Source of the DNA: an uncultured Verrucomicrobia subdivision 3 bacterium
GTDB taxonomy: Bacteria; Verrucomicrobiota; Verrucomicrobiia; Limisphaerales; DASXHY01
NCBI GenBank assembly: GCA_937890005.1
Contig: CALBZA010000017.1
Location: forward strand, 7,571 to 71,570
Length of the DNA: 64,000 nt
Direction: 5' to 3'
Shown here: positions 27,702 through 36,988 of the stretch, piece by piece
How the letters are laid out: each line of letters starts with the position of its first letter
Numbering within the stretch: position 1 is the stretch's first letter
Position numbers and translations under genes: made by a program
Notes under the pieces: model-generated
The model's database searches: none
What the model saw: the letters and a program-made list of their open reading frames with translations, nothing else
What the model was told of the DNA's origin: nothing

Positions 27702-29519
27702 GTGTCCGGTTTCATCTCCGATGCCACCAAAGAACGAATTCGCGCCGCGAGTGACATCGTGGACGTGATCGGTTCGTACATCCCGCTCAAGCGGGCGGGG
27801 GCGAACTTCGTGGCGTTGTGTCCGTTTCACAAGGAGAAGTCGCCCAGCTTCAACGTCAATCCCTCCAGGCAGATTTTTCACTGCTTCGGCTGTCACAAGG
27901 GCGGCGATGTTTTCACGTTCGTGAAGGAATACGAAAGCATCGATTTCCTCGAAGCGCTCAAACGCCTCGCCGACCGCGCAAAAATCCCGCTGGAATACGA
28001 TCAGGGCGGACCCGATCAGCAGACGCGGCATCTCAAGGACACGTTGCTGCAGATTCACGAACAAATTACGCAACGCTGGCAGAATTGCCTGGCGTCCGAA
28101 GCGGCAGGACAGGTTGCGCGCGATTATCTCGCAAAACGCGGCGTTTCGGACGAAGCCATCAAACTGTTCCGCATCGGTTGCGCGCCGGAAGCCTGGGACG
28201 ACACGGTCAACTGGGCGAAGAGCCGGGATTACGATCTCGCCATGATGGAACGGGCCGGATTGATCCTGAAAAAGGAGGGAACGGATCATTACTACGATCG
28301 TTTTCGCGGACGGCTCATGTTTCCGATCTGCGACGAACAGGGCAGGGTGATCGGATTCAGCGGACGCATTCTCGTCGGCGACGAAAAGCAGGCCAAATAC
28401 GTCAATTCACCCGAGACGCCGATCTTCACGAAGAGCAAGGTGTTCTTCGGACTCGACAAGTCCAAACGCGCCATTCTCAACGAAGGTTTCGCCATCATTT
28501 GTGAAGGCCAGCTGGATTTGATCGCATGTTTCATGGCCGGGATTGAAAACATCGTCGCGCCGCAGGGAACCGCCTTCACTTCGGACCACGCCCGCATCCT
28601 CAAGCGTTACGCGAATGAAGTGGTGCTGTGTTTCGATTCCGACAACGCCGGACAGAATGCCGCGGTGCGCGCGCTCGATCATCTGCTGGAATCCGAGCTG
28701 GCGGTTCGCGTTGCAGTGGTGCCGGCACCGCATGATCCGGACAGTTACATCAAGGCGTCCGGAGGTGAGGCGTTCCGTCAGCTGATTCAAAACGCGGAAG
28801 GATTCTTCGACTACTATCTCAAGCGACTTTGTGCCACGAACGATGGTTCGACCGACAAAGGGCGGCTCGCGATTCTCCGGTCAATGGCCGAGGCGGTTCA
28901 CAAAACCGGCAACGTCGTGTTGATCGACAAATACGCGCAGAAGACGGCGTTGCAACTGGGCGTTTCGGCAGATGCGGTCCGCGCCGAGTTCAAGAAACTT
29001 CGGGTTCGGGGAACACGATTCCGTCCGGACAATGAGGAATCACACGAGCTGGAGTCGTCCGGCCAGGAAGAAGAACTGCCGCGTCCGCAAACGCATGAAT
29101 TCTGGCTACTGAAACTGCTGTTTCTTCACGACGATCTCGTGCCGTGGTGCGCTGAACAATTGCGATTGGAATGGATTCAGCATCCGCTTGTTCGTGAAGC
29201 GGTGCAGAAACGAATCGAGAAATTCGCCGACGACACTTGGAGCAGTCTGGCAGCATTTCTCGACACCTGTGAAAACCCGGCCCTGCGAAGTCTCATCACC
29301 GAAGCCGCGACGGATGAACGTCCACTTCCCAATCCGCCTCAACAGCTTGCCGACGTGGTCCAACGCTTGCGCAATCAGTTCATCGATCGGCAGCTGGCGG
29401 CATTGATTCATCAGGCGGCGCAGCCGGATGTCGATGATGTCCGCCGTCTGGAATTTCTCCGTCAGCAACAGGAACTTCGCGTGTTGAAACGGCAGCCGGT
29501 CGTGCCACCGGCAATTTGA
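27702..29519 (+). CDS. dnaG: DNA primase
   Basis: Zinc ribbon CPFHKEKSPSFNVNPSRQIFHCFGCHKGGDVFTFV and TOPRIM block AIICEGQLD...VVLCFDSDNAGQNA. GTG start. Confidence 0.95.
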   Translation: MSGFISDATKERIRAASDIVDVIGSYIPLKRAGANFVALCPFHKEKSPSFNVNPSRQIFHCFGCHKGGDVFTFVKEYESIDFLEALKRLADRAKIPLEYDQGGPDQQTRHLKDTLLQIHEQITQRWQNCLASEAAGQVARDYLAKRGVSDEAIKLFRIGCAPEAWDDTVNWAKSRDYDLAMMERAGLILKKEGTDHYYDRFRGRLMFPICDEQGRVIGFSGRILVGDEKQAKYVNSPETPIFTKSKVFFGLDKSKRAILNEGFAIICEGQLDLIACFMAGIENIVAPQGTAFTSDHARILKRYANEVVLCFDSDNAGQNAAVRALDHLLESELAVRVAVVPAPHDPDSYIKASGGEAFRQLIQNAEGFFDYYLKRLCATNDGSTDKGRLAILRSMAEAVHKTGNVVLIDKYAQKTALQLGVSADAVRAEFKKLRVRGTRFRPDNEESHELESSGQEEELPRPQTHEFWLLKLLFLHDDLVPWCAEQLRLEWIQHPLVREAVQKRIEKFADDTWSSLAAFLDTCENPALRSLITEAATDERPLPNPPQQLADVVQRLRNQFIDRQLAALIHQAAQPDVDDVRRLEFLRQQQELRVLKRQPVVPPAI

Positions 29520-29637
29520 CGAAAGGGCTCGGTCGCGTATCGAGAGTGTGGAAAGGAATCCCATCCGTTCCATATCAATTGCGTTCTCAAACAGCAGCCA
29601 TCGAACAGGACGAACACGTGAACTCAGGCAAATTAAA

Positions 29638-29753
29638 TCTCATTAACACCGTGCTTCAGCGCGGTGTTAACGGCTTCGGCAATCAAGCCATTCAAAACGG
29701 CTTATCCAGTTCCCGTCCAAGTTCACCGCACTGAAGCACGGTGCTGGTGAGAC
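29638..29753. repeat. MITE/REP-like element, copy B
   Basis: The 5' end is tctcattaacaccgtgcttcagcgcggtg and the 3' end is caccgcactgaagcacggtgctggtgaga. These are the same termini as copy A with a different internal segment. Confidence 0.7.
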
Positions 29754-29861
29754 ATTCGAGTGGTGCGGCTGTCTGATGCGGTTGCGGCTTCAGACTTGCG
29801 TTGAATGCTTCCATACCCCTGAATTCCGTTCGGACGCGAATCGACCCTTTGCGACATCATT

Positions 29862-30248
29862 ATGGAATTCGAAGGCTACTCAGACCGGCAGAAGGAAATC
29901 CTTCTCGATCTTCTGTTATACGGGATGTATCTGGACGGGAATCTGACCGCGATTGAGGACCGTCGGATCGGAGAGTTGCTCGACACCATGAATTTCCCGT
30001 CGGAGGAAGCCCGGAACCGGTTCCTCGATGCGGCCTACACGCGAACCCGTCAGCGCAGTTCCTCGCCGGAGGGAATTCGTTCGTTTATCGACTTTGTCGC
30101 GTCTGAAATCACCACGCCCGAGCTGCGCCGCCGCACGTTCAATCTTCTCGCCGCCATCGTCGCCAGTGACAACAAGCTGGAGGAAAACGAACGTCTGGTG
30201 CTGCAGATCCTGCGCGAGGCGTTCAAGCTGCGGACGGGAACGAACTGA
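29862..30248 (+). CDS. TerB-like (DjlA N-terminal domain-like) protein
   Basis: 128 aa with two copies of the D-x-x-L/I-x-x-x-E pattern (YLDGNLTAIEDRRIGELL and ASDNKLEENERLVLQIL), as in TerB-fold proteins. Confidence 0.55.
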   Translation: MEFEGYSDRQKEILLDLLLYGMYLDGNLTAIEDRRIGELLDTMNFPSEEARNRFLDAAYTRTRQRSSSPEGIRSFIDFVASEITTPELRRRTFNLLAAIVASDNKLEENERLVLQILREAFKLRTGTN

Positions 30249-30279
30249 CCGGGGGCGGCCTCCAGCAGCGGCCTTCATC

Positions 30280-31146
30280 ATGCAGCCGTCTCCCCTCCAA
30301 CGGTGGCTTCGGAAGAAACGACGGGAGGGCCTTTCCATGGCGGCAGGTTACGCCGTGCTCACGTTTCTGGGCGGAACGATCTTCCTCGGCCTGACATTCT
30401 GGATCGTTTTCATGATCGTGAAACTGATCCTGCTTTCCGCGATCGGGCTGTCCGGCTGGGTCACCCTGGGCAGCGTAGCCGCAGCGGCGGCGTTCTGCAT
30501 GCTTCTGTTCTTCGACAGCCTCCGTTCGCCACGCGACGACATGTCGGCTCTCAGCATTTGGCTGATCCGCGAATACATCGACATCGGTCCGCGCCTGATG
30601 CTTGAGGTTGTTCCCGCCATCAGAAAATTTCGGCACTGGAAAAAATTCGACCTCGATCTCAACGGCCGCGTCCTGCTGTTCCTCGCCGGGCGCGATTCGC
30701 CGGTCAGAAAATCGGACGTGTTGCGACTCTTTCCCGAAACCGACTGGGATCGATTGCGTGCCGAACTCAAGTTGATTCCCGGAGTCATCTTTTTCCAGCC
30801 GGACGAACTTCGAATGACACTCACGCTTCCGTTGAGGCTGCAGATGCGCCTGTTCCGTGGACGACAGCGCGTGCATGTGAATGAACCTTCGCACGATCCG
30901 GATCCGGAACCGGAACCGATCAGGCCGCGCGAGCCGCAATCGCTCAGTCCGGCCGAAATTCTCGGCGTCGCACCGAACGCTTCGATCGCCGAAATCAAAT
31001 CCGCCTATCGCCGTCGGATGAAGGAATGCCATCCCGACCGCCACGCCACACTTGACGAACACTCGCGAACGCTCGCTGAGGAGTGGGCGAAATCGGTCAA
31101 CGCAGCCTACAACGCCCTGCTTTCGAAACGGGGCGAGCGGCGTTGA
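30280..31146 (+). CDS. Membrane protein with a C-terminal J-domain
   Basis: Three or four TM helices, then SPAEILGVAPNASIAEIKSAYRRRMKECHPDRH (J-domain with an HPD motif). Confidence 0.75.
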   Translation: MQPSPLQRWLRKKRREGLSMAAGYAVLTFLGGTIFLGLTFWIVFMIVKLILLSAIGLSGWVTLGSVAAAAAFCMLLFFDSLRSPRDDMSALSIWLIREYIDIGPRLMLEVVPAIRKFRHWKKFDLDLNGRVLLFLAGRDSPVRKSDVLRLFPETDWDRLRAELKLIPGVIFFQPDELRMTLTLPLRLQMRLFRGRQRVHVNEPSHDPDPEPEPIRPREPQSLSPAEILGVAPNASIAEIKSAYRRRMKECHPDRHATLDEHSRTLAEEWAKSVNAAYNALLSKRGERR

Positions 31147-31270
31147 AACCGTAAAAACAGCACATTCAAAAAGCGTTTCCCGCCAATAACTGCGCAGGTT
31201 TTGCGCACTTGATCAGCAGGATCAAACTCCGATTGCGCCGCCGGAAGATTGGGCGTATCAATCCTCTTGC

Positions 31271-33817
31271 ATGCCCAGTTCGAAGACGTTTCCGAGATGT
31301 CGTGCGCCGAAGTGGTTCTGGTTCGGATTGGGATTTCTTCTGCTCTGCTTTCCCGGTTTTGCGCAAACGCTGATTGAATCTCAGAAACTGTTTCTTGGCG
31401 GTGATTACAACGCCGTGATCCGTGCTGCCGAAGCGCGCAGCCACAGTCTTTCGACCGACTGGCATGTGCTTTATGTCAAATCGCTGCTGATGGTCGGGCG
31501 TTATGATGAGGCGCGAGCGCGCGCGAAAGTGGCGGTTGACTATTCGCCGTTGGACCTGCGGGTTCTCATGCTCGCGCGCGAGGCGGCTTTGTATGGAAAC
31601 AATCCCGTCGAGGCGAACCGCCGGTTGTTGGAAATGCGGCTGGTGATCGAACGCAGAGGCTTGAATGTGTCGGATGGTGAAAGCCTCGTCGCAGCGGGCG
31701 AGGCGTTGCTGCTGCTGGGGGTCGAGCCGCGGGTGATTCTGGAAAATTGTTTCCGACGCGCGGAACGGATGACGGCTCCGCCGCGCGAAGCGTTTCTGGC
31801 GATCGGGAAACTTGGGTTGGAAAAACGCGATTTCGCACTGGCGGCAGAAACGTTTCGCGCAGGTTTGAAAAAGTTTCCCGATGACGCCGACATGTACGGC
31901 GGACTGGCACAGGCGTTTCAAACCGGCGACCGGAAGGAAATGCTTTCGGCGATTGAATCGGCGCTGGCGAGAAACGCCAATCACATCCCCAGCCTGCTGC
32001 TGCTCACGGATCATCTCATCGATGGCGAGCAATATGACGAAGCGGAAAAACAGGCGCAGCTCGTGTTGAAGGTGAATCCCTCGCATCCCGAAGCCTTCGC
32101 TTACCGCGCCGTGATCGCACATCTCCGGAATGAACGCGACCGGGAACAGCAGTTGCGCGCGGAGGCCCTGAAGTTCTGGAAAACGAACCCGAATGTGGAC
32201 CATCTGATCGGCCGGAAGTTGTCGCAGAAATATCGTTTCGAGGAAGGCGCCGCCGCGCAGAAAAAGGCTTTGGAATTTCAGCCCGATTTCCTTCCCGCCC
32301 AACGGCAGCTCGCGGAAGATCTGCTTCGCCTCGGTTACACGGAAGAGGGCTGGAAGCTGGCGGAAGCGGTTCACAAGCACGACGAATACGACGTCACAGC
32401 GTTCAACCTCACCGTGCTGCGCGACAAGATGGGCGGATTCAAAAGCCTCACGAATGGAAACTTCATCGTCCGCATGTCTGAACGCGAGGCGGCGATTTAT
32501 GGCGATCGTGTCCTCGCGCTGCTGGAACGGGCACATTCGGTGTTGTGCGGCAAATACGGCGTCAGGCTGACGCGGCCGACGATCGTGGAGATTTTTCCCG
32601 AGCAGAAGGATTTTCAGGTTCGGACATTCGGCATGCCCGGAAATCCCGGTTACCTGGGTGTTTGCTTTGGATCGGTGATCACCGCCAACAGCCCTGCCTC
32701 GCAGGGAAGTTCTCCGGCGAACTGGGAAAGCGTTCTCTGGCATGAGTTCTGTCACGTCGTCACTCTGAACGCGACCCGGAACAAAATGCCGCGCTGGCTG
32801 AGCGAAGGCATTTCGGTTTACGAGGAACGTCAGGCGAATCCCGCGTGGGGCGAGAGAATGAATCTGGCGTATCGCGACATGATCCTTGGCGACGATTTCA
32901 CTCCAATCGGAAAATTGAGCGGCGCCTTCCTCGCTCCAAAAAGCAGCCAGCATCTGATGTTCGCCTATTACGAATCATCGCTCGCCGTGGAGTTCATGAT
33001 TGAGAAATACGGACTGGAGGCGATCCGGAACATTCTGCGCGATCTCGGAGCCGGCGAAGAAATCAACAAAACCATCGCCGCGCACACCGCGGAATTGTCG
33101 AAGGTGGAAAAGGAGTTTGAAGCTTATTGCCGGGAAAGAGCGAAGAATCTTGCGCCGGACATCGATCTGACCCGTCCGCCCGGGCGCGGCTCGGAATCCG
33201 AGCTGACCGTATGGCAGGCGACGAATCCGAGGAATTACTTCGTGCAGATGCGCAAGGCGCGGCTGGCGATGGAAGAAAAGCGGTGGAACGACGCCAAACC
33301 GATCCTTGAATCTGTTTCCAAAGCGTACGCGGGCGAAACCGGCGGCGACAATCCGCTCTGGCTGCTGGCCGTGGTGGAACGGAATCTCGGAAACACCAAC
33401 GCCGAACTGGCGTTGCTGGAGCGGCTGGCAAAACAGGATGCCGATTTTATCGAACTGTTTCAGAGATTGATCGAGCTGTCCGAACAGCGGCAGGACTGGA
33501 CGAACGTGATGCATTACACCGAAAAGCTTCTCGCGGTAAATCCATTGATCTCACTGCCGTATCGCGCCCTGGCGCGCGCGGCGACGGCGATGGAACGAAA
33601 CGATCAGGCCATCGGTGCGTATCGAGCGCTCCTGTTGTTGAATCCGCCTGATCCGGCGGATGCTCATCTGCAACTCGCGCGATTGCTTCACAAGCGCGGC
33701 GATTCGCGGACCGAGGCGAAAAGGCATGTGCTGAAAGCACTGGAAGAGGCGCCGCGCTTCCGGGCCGCGCAGCAGTTGCTGCTGGAACTGCGCGAAGGCG
33801 AAGCGGTGACGAATTGA
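31271..33817 (+). CDS. Secreted TPR-repeat protein with an embedded gluzincin (peptidase MA-like) domain
   Basis: Signal peptide; HExxH motif LWHEFCHVV followed by WLSEGISVYEE (third-ligand Glu context); TPR units at both ends. Confidence 0.7.
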   Translation: MPSSKTFPRCRAPKWFWFGLGFLLLCFPGFAQTLIESQKLFLGGDYNAVIRAAEARSHSLSTDWHVLYVKSLLMVGRYDEARARAKVAVDYSPLDLRVLMLAREAALYGNNPVEANRRLLEMRLVIERRGLNVSDGESLVAAGEALLLLGVEPRVILENCFRRAERMTAPPREAFLAIGKLGLEKRDFALAAETFRAGLKKFPDDADMYGGLAQAFQTGDRKEMLSAIESALARNANHIPSLLLLTDHLIDGEQYDEAEKQAQLVLKVNPSHPEAFAYRAVIAHLRNERDREQQLRAEALKFWKTNPNVDHLIGRKLSQKYRFEEGAAAQKKALEFQPDFLPAQRQLAEDLLRLGYTEEGWKLAEAVHKHDEYDVTAFNLTVLRDKMGGFKSLTNGNFIVRMSEREAAIYGDRVLALLERAHSVLCGKYGVRLTRPTIVEIFPEQKDFQVRTFGMPGNPGYLGVCFGSVITANSPASQGSSPANWESVLWHEFCHVVTLNATRNKMPRWLSEGISVYEERQANPAWGERMNLAYRDMILGDDFTPIGKLSGAFLAPKSSQHLMFAYYESSLAVEFMIEKYGLEAIRNILRDLGAGEEINKTIAAHTAELSKVEKEFEAYCRERAKNLAPDIDLTRPPGRGSESELTVWQATNPRNYFVQMRKARLAMEEKRWNDAKPILESVSKAYAGETGGDNPLWLLAVVERNLGNTNAELALLERLAKQDADFIELFQRLIELSEQRQDWTNVMHYTEKLLAVNPLISLPYRALARAATAMERNDQAIGAYRALLLLNPPDPADAHLQLARLLHKRGDSRTEAKRHVLKALEEAPRFRAAQQLLLELREGEAVTN

Positions 33818-33893
33818 AGCCAGGGAACGTATGACGAGCATCGATTCGAGTTGGACAATCAGGAACGGAACGCGAGTCCGAAGCTTGTGGCGT

Positions 33894-33911
33894 GCGGCGA
33901 CATGTCGCCGC
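33894..33911. repeat. Perfect 18-bp palindrome GCGGCGACATGTCGCCGC (REP-like, or operator/terminator candidate)
   Basis: gcggcgaca/tgtcgccgc is self-complementary, and the core GCGACATGTCGC is shared with 33951..33968. Confidence 0.8.
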
Positions 33912-33950
33912 TTTCCAACCGCGGGTGAGACATTTTGCGGTGATAAAAGA

Positions 33951-33968
33951 GCTGCGACATGTCGCAGC
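33951..33968. repeat. Perfect 18-bp palindrome GCTGCGACATGTCGCAGC
   Basis: Self-complementary. It lies 57 bp centre-to-centre from the first palindrome and ends 33 nt before ATG 34002. Confidence 0.8.
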
Positions 33969-34001
33969 ATTCCCAAAACGCCGGGCGATCGAGATTTTTA
34001 G

Positions 34002-34937
34002 ATGAAACGCGCCATTCTCATTTTTCTGCTCGTGTGTGTGCTGGGCACGATTGTGTATGCGCAGCGTCGTCGTGGCTTTGGTGGTGGCTGGGGCGGAGGG
34101 GATGATGGGGGCATTGTTTATACGGAAGGCGGAATCCCGGTCGATCTCGACCGCGTGCGCACGGCGCGTGAGGTTGCGACGCACAGCACGGATACGCCGA
34201 TGTGGACAAACAATCCTGCATTTGCGCGCGATACCTTCACATTTGTCCGAATCATTTATGGTCGTAAAACGCAGGGTTACCTGCCAGGGCGGGCGGGCAA
34301 CTGGATAACGGATTTTCCCGACAGCGATCTGAATCTCTCATTCCGCGTGCAGCAGATGACGTCGATCAAGGTGGATCCCTACGGACGCATCCTGCGCCTC
34401 ACCGATCCCGACCTGTTCAACTATCCGTGGATTTACATGGTTGAACCCGGCCGGCTTGAGTTCAAGGAAGAGGAAGTGCCCATCCTGCGGCGGTTCCTGC
34501 TCAACGGCGGTTTCATGCTCGTGGATGACTTTTGGGGTGAAGTGCAGTGGCGGAACTTTCAGATGGAAATGAAACGTGTGTTTCCCGAGCGCGATTTCGT
34601 GGATGTGCCGATGGATCACCCGATCTTCAACTGTGTTTTCCCGCTGAAAGGTCCCAAGAATGCGCTGCAAGTGCCAAATTTCCGGGCCGGCATCGATACC
34701 CAACGCGGCGGACCCACCTGGGAATATCACGATGGCGAGCAATGCACGGAAGTGCACATCCGCGCGCTTTACGACGACAAGGGCCGGATCATCGTGCTTG
34801 CCCTGCACAACACCGACAACGGCGATGGCTGGGAGCGCGAGGGGGAGGGGCAGACGGATTACTTTTTCCGCCGGTTTTCCGAGAACATTTCGTTCCCGCT
34901 CGGCATCAACGTCATTTTCTATTCAATGACGCACTAG
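34002..34937 (+). CDS. Secreted DUF4159-like protein
   Basis: Signal peptide MKRAILIFLLVCVLGTIVYAQ, and DFPDSDLNLSFRV...YPWIYMVEPGRLEFKEEEVPILRRFLLNGGFMLVDDFWG as in DUF4159. The family call was made from memory. Confidence 0.6.
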   Translation: MKRAILIFLLVCVLGTIVYAQRRRGFGGGWGGGDDGGIVYTEGGIPVDLDRVRTAREVATHSTDTPMWTNNPAFARDTFTFVRIIYGRKTQGYLPGRAGNWITDFPDSDLNLSFRVQQMTSIKVDPYGRILRLTDPDLFNYPWIYMVEPGRLEFKEEEVPILRRFLLNGGFMLVDDFWGEVQWRNFQMEMKRVFPERDFVDVPMDHPIFNCVFPLKGPKNALQVPNFRAGIDTQRGGPTWEYHDGEQCTEVHIRALYDDKGRIIVLALHNTDNGDGWEREGEGQTDYFFRRFSENISFPLGINVIFYSMTH

Positions 34938-35007
34938 CTGGAACCGGAAGAGCGGCGGAAGCGTCCGGTAAGTTGAGCCCGGAGCTGCATTAACGAAGAA
35001 AGGCATT

Positions 35008-36012
35008 GTGGAAACGACAATTCATGAAACAGACGCGCAGACGGTTGAGAAACTGATCGCCGGACGCGCGCATATTGAGACCGAACTTTCCAAGGTGATC
35101 GTCGGCCAGAAGGATGTGCTCGAGCAGATTCTGCTGGCGCTGTTTTCCGGCGGGCATTGCCTCATCACCGGCGCGCCCGGCCTGGCGAAAACGTTGCTCG
35201 TGAAATCCATCGCGCGAATCTTTCACCTGAACTTCCAGCGCATCCAGTTCACGCCCGACCTGATGCCCGCAGACATCACCGGCACTGAAATTCTTTCCGA
35301 AACCGAAGCCGGCCGGCGCCTGACCTTCGTCAAAGGCCCTATCTTCGCCAACATGATTCTGGCCGATGAAATCAACCGCACACCGCCAAAGACGCAGTCG
35401 GCGCTTTTGGAAGCGATGCAGGAACATCAGGTGACCGCGGTCGGAATCCGTCATGCGCTGCCGGAACCGTTCTTCGTTCTTGCGACGCAGAATCCGATCG
35501 AAATGGAAGGCACCTATCCGCTGCCCGAAGCGCAGCTCGACCGGTTCATGTTCAACGTCGTCATCAATTATTTGCCTGAGGACGACGAGGTGGAGGTGGT
35601 TCAGCAAACGACAGCGCGGAAGCAATTGAACATCGAACCGCTGTTCACGGGCGAAGATGTGCTTCGGTTTCATGAACTCGTGAAACAGGTGCCGATCGCG
35701 CAAAGCCTGGTTCGTTACGCGGTGCGGCTTGCCGCGGCCACGCGACCCGGCCAGAACGGAACGCCGGAGTTCGTCAATCAATGGGTGAGCTGGGGCGCTG
35801 GAACACGCGCATCGCAGTTTCTGGTGCTTGGCGCCAAGGCACGGGCGCTGTTGCAGGGGCGCACCCACGTCACCGGCGACGACATCCGGACGCTTGCGGC
35901 GCCGGTGTTGCGGCATCGTGTACTCGTGAATTATCGCGCCGAGGCGGATGGTGTTGGTGTTGAAACCATCATTTCCAAACTGTTGCAGCACGTCACTGAA
36001 CCGGTTGCGTGA
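35008..36012 (+). CDS. MoxR-family AAA+ ATPase
   Basis: Walker A GAPGLAKT, Walker B ILADEINR, and ATQNPIEMEGTYPLPEAQLDRF, a MoxR hallmark. Confidence 0.9.
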   Translation: METTIHETDAQTVEKLIAGRAHIETELSKVIVGQKDVLEQILLALFSGGHCLITGAPGLAKTLLVKSIARIFHLNFQRIQFTPDLMPADITGTEILSETEAGRRLTFVKGPIFANMILADEINRTPPKTQSALLEAMQEHQVTAVGIRHALPEPFFVLATQNPIEMEGTYPLPEAQLDRFMFNVVINYLPEDDEVEVVQQTTARKQLNIEPLFTGEDVLRFHELVKQVPIAQSLVRYAVRLAAATRPGQNGTPEFVNQWVSWGAGTRASQFLVLGAKARALLQGRTHVTGDDIRTLAAPVLRHRVLVNYRAEADGVGVETIISKLLQHVTEPVA

Positions 36013-36028
36013 AGATTCTTTCCTGTTA

Positions 36029-36988
36029 ATGCCTGTCGTTTCTCCAGCTTCCTCCGCCGATCGCGGCCGCGGTTACGCCGATCCGAAAACGTTGATGGCG
36101 ATCCGCAACCTGGAGCTCCGCGCACGCGTGGTTGTGGAGGGATTTTGGAACGGTCTGCATCGCAGTCCGTATCATGGCTTTTCCGTGGAGTTCACGGAAT
36201 ACCGGCAATACAGCCCCGGCGATGACACGCGGTATCTCGACTGGCGCCTGTTCGCACGATCGGATCGTTATTACCTGAAAAAGTTCGAGGACGAAACTAA
36301 CCTGCGATGCCATCTGCTCGTCGATCAAAGCCGGTCGATGGAATACGGCTCGATCGGTTATTCGAAGTCGGACTTCGCCCGCACACTGGCCGCGACGCTT
36401 GCGTGGTTTTTGCATGGACAGGGCGATGCGGTCGGCTTGTTCACGTTCGGAGAACAGGTGAACGATTATCTTCCCGCACGGAACCGTCAGGGCCATTTGC
36501 GGCAGCTGATGCTGGCGCTGGAAAAGCAGGTGCCCGGACGAGAAACGAACGTCGCCGGAGTGCTTCAGCGGGTGTCGGAGACCGTGCGGAAACGCGGTTT
36601 GATCGTTCTTGTTTCCGACCTGCTCGCGCCGGTCGAACCGCTGGAAAACAACCTGGCCCGGCTGACGGCGGCAGGGCACGAAACGATGGTGTTTCAGATA
36701 CTCGATCCGAACGAGCTGGCGTTTGAGTTTTCGCAGGCAACGCTGCTGGAGGATCTGGAAAGCGGGCGGGAAATCGCACTCGATCCGGACAGCATTCGTT
36801 CTGAATACCAGCGCAAGCTGAGCGCTCATCTCGAACTGATCGATTCGAACTGCCGTCGCCTCGGTATTCCGGTTCATCGTCTTGTGACAAATCAGCCGCT
36901 GGAAATCGCTTTGCTGGAATTGCTCAAGAGCCGGAATCGGCGCGGCAAATGGCAGCGGCGCTCGGGCTCAACAGGACGGTCGTCATGA
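36029..36988 (+). CDS. DUF58 protein (vWA-like, MIDAS DQSRS)
   Basis: GFSVEFTEYRQYSPGDDTRYLDWR is the DUF58 signature. The MIDAS-like motif is LLVDQSRSM. Confidence 0.85.
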   Translation: MPVVSPASSADRGRGYADPKTLMAIRNLELRARVVVEGFWNGLHRSPYHGFSVEFTEYRQYSPGDDTRYLDWRLFARSDRYYLKKFEDETNLRCHLLVDQSRSMEYGSIGYSKSDFARTLAATLAWFLHGQGDAVGLFTFGEQVNDYLPARNRQGHLRQLMLALEKQVPGRETNVAGVLQRVSETVRKRGLIVLVSDLLAPVEPLENNLARLTAAGHETMVFQILDPNELAFEFSQATLLEDLESGREIALDPDSIRSEYQRKLSAHLELIDSNCRRLGIPVHRLVTNQPLEIALLELLKSRNRRGKWQRRSGSTGRSS

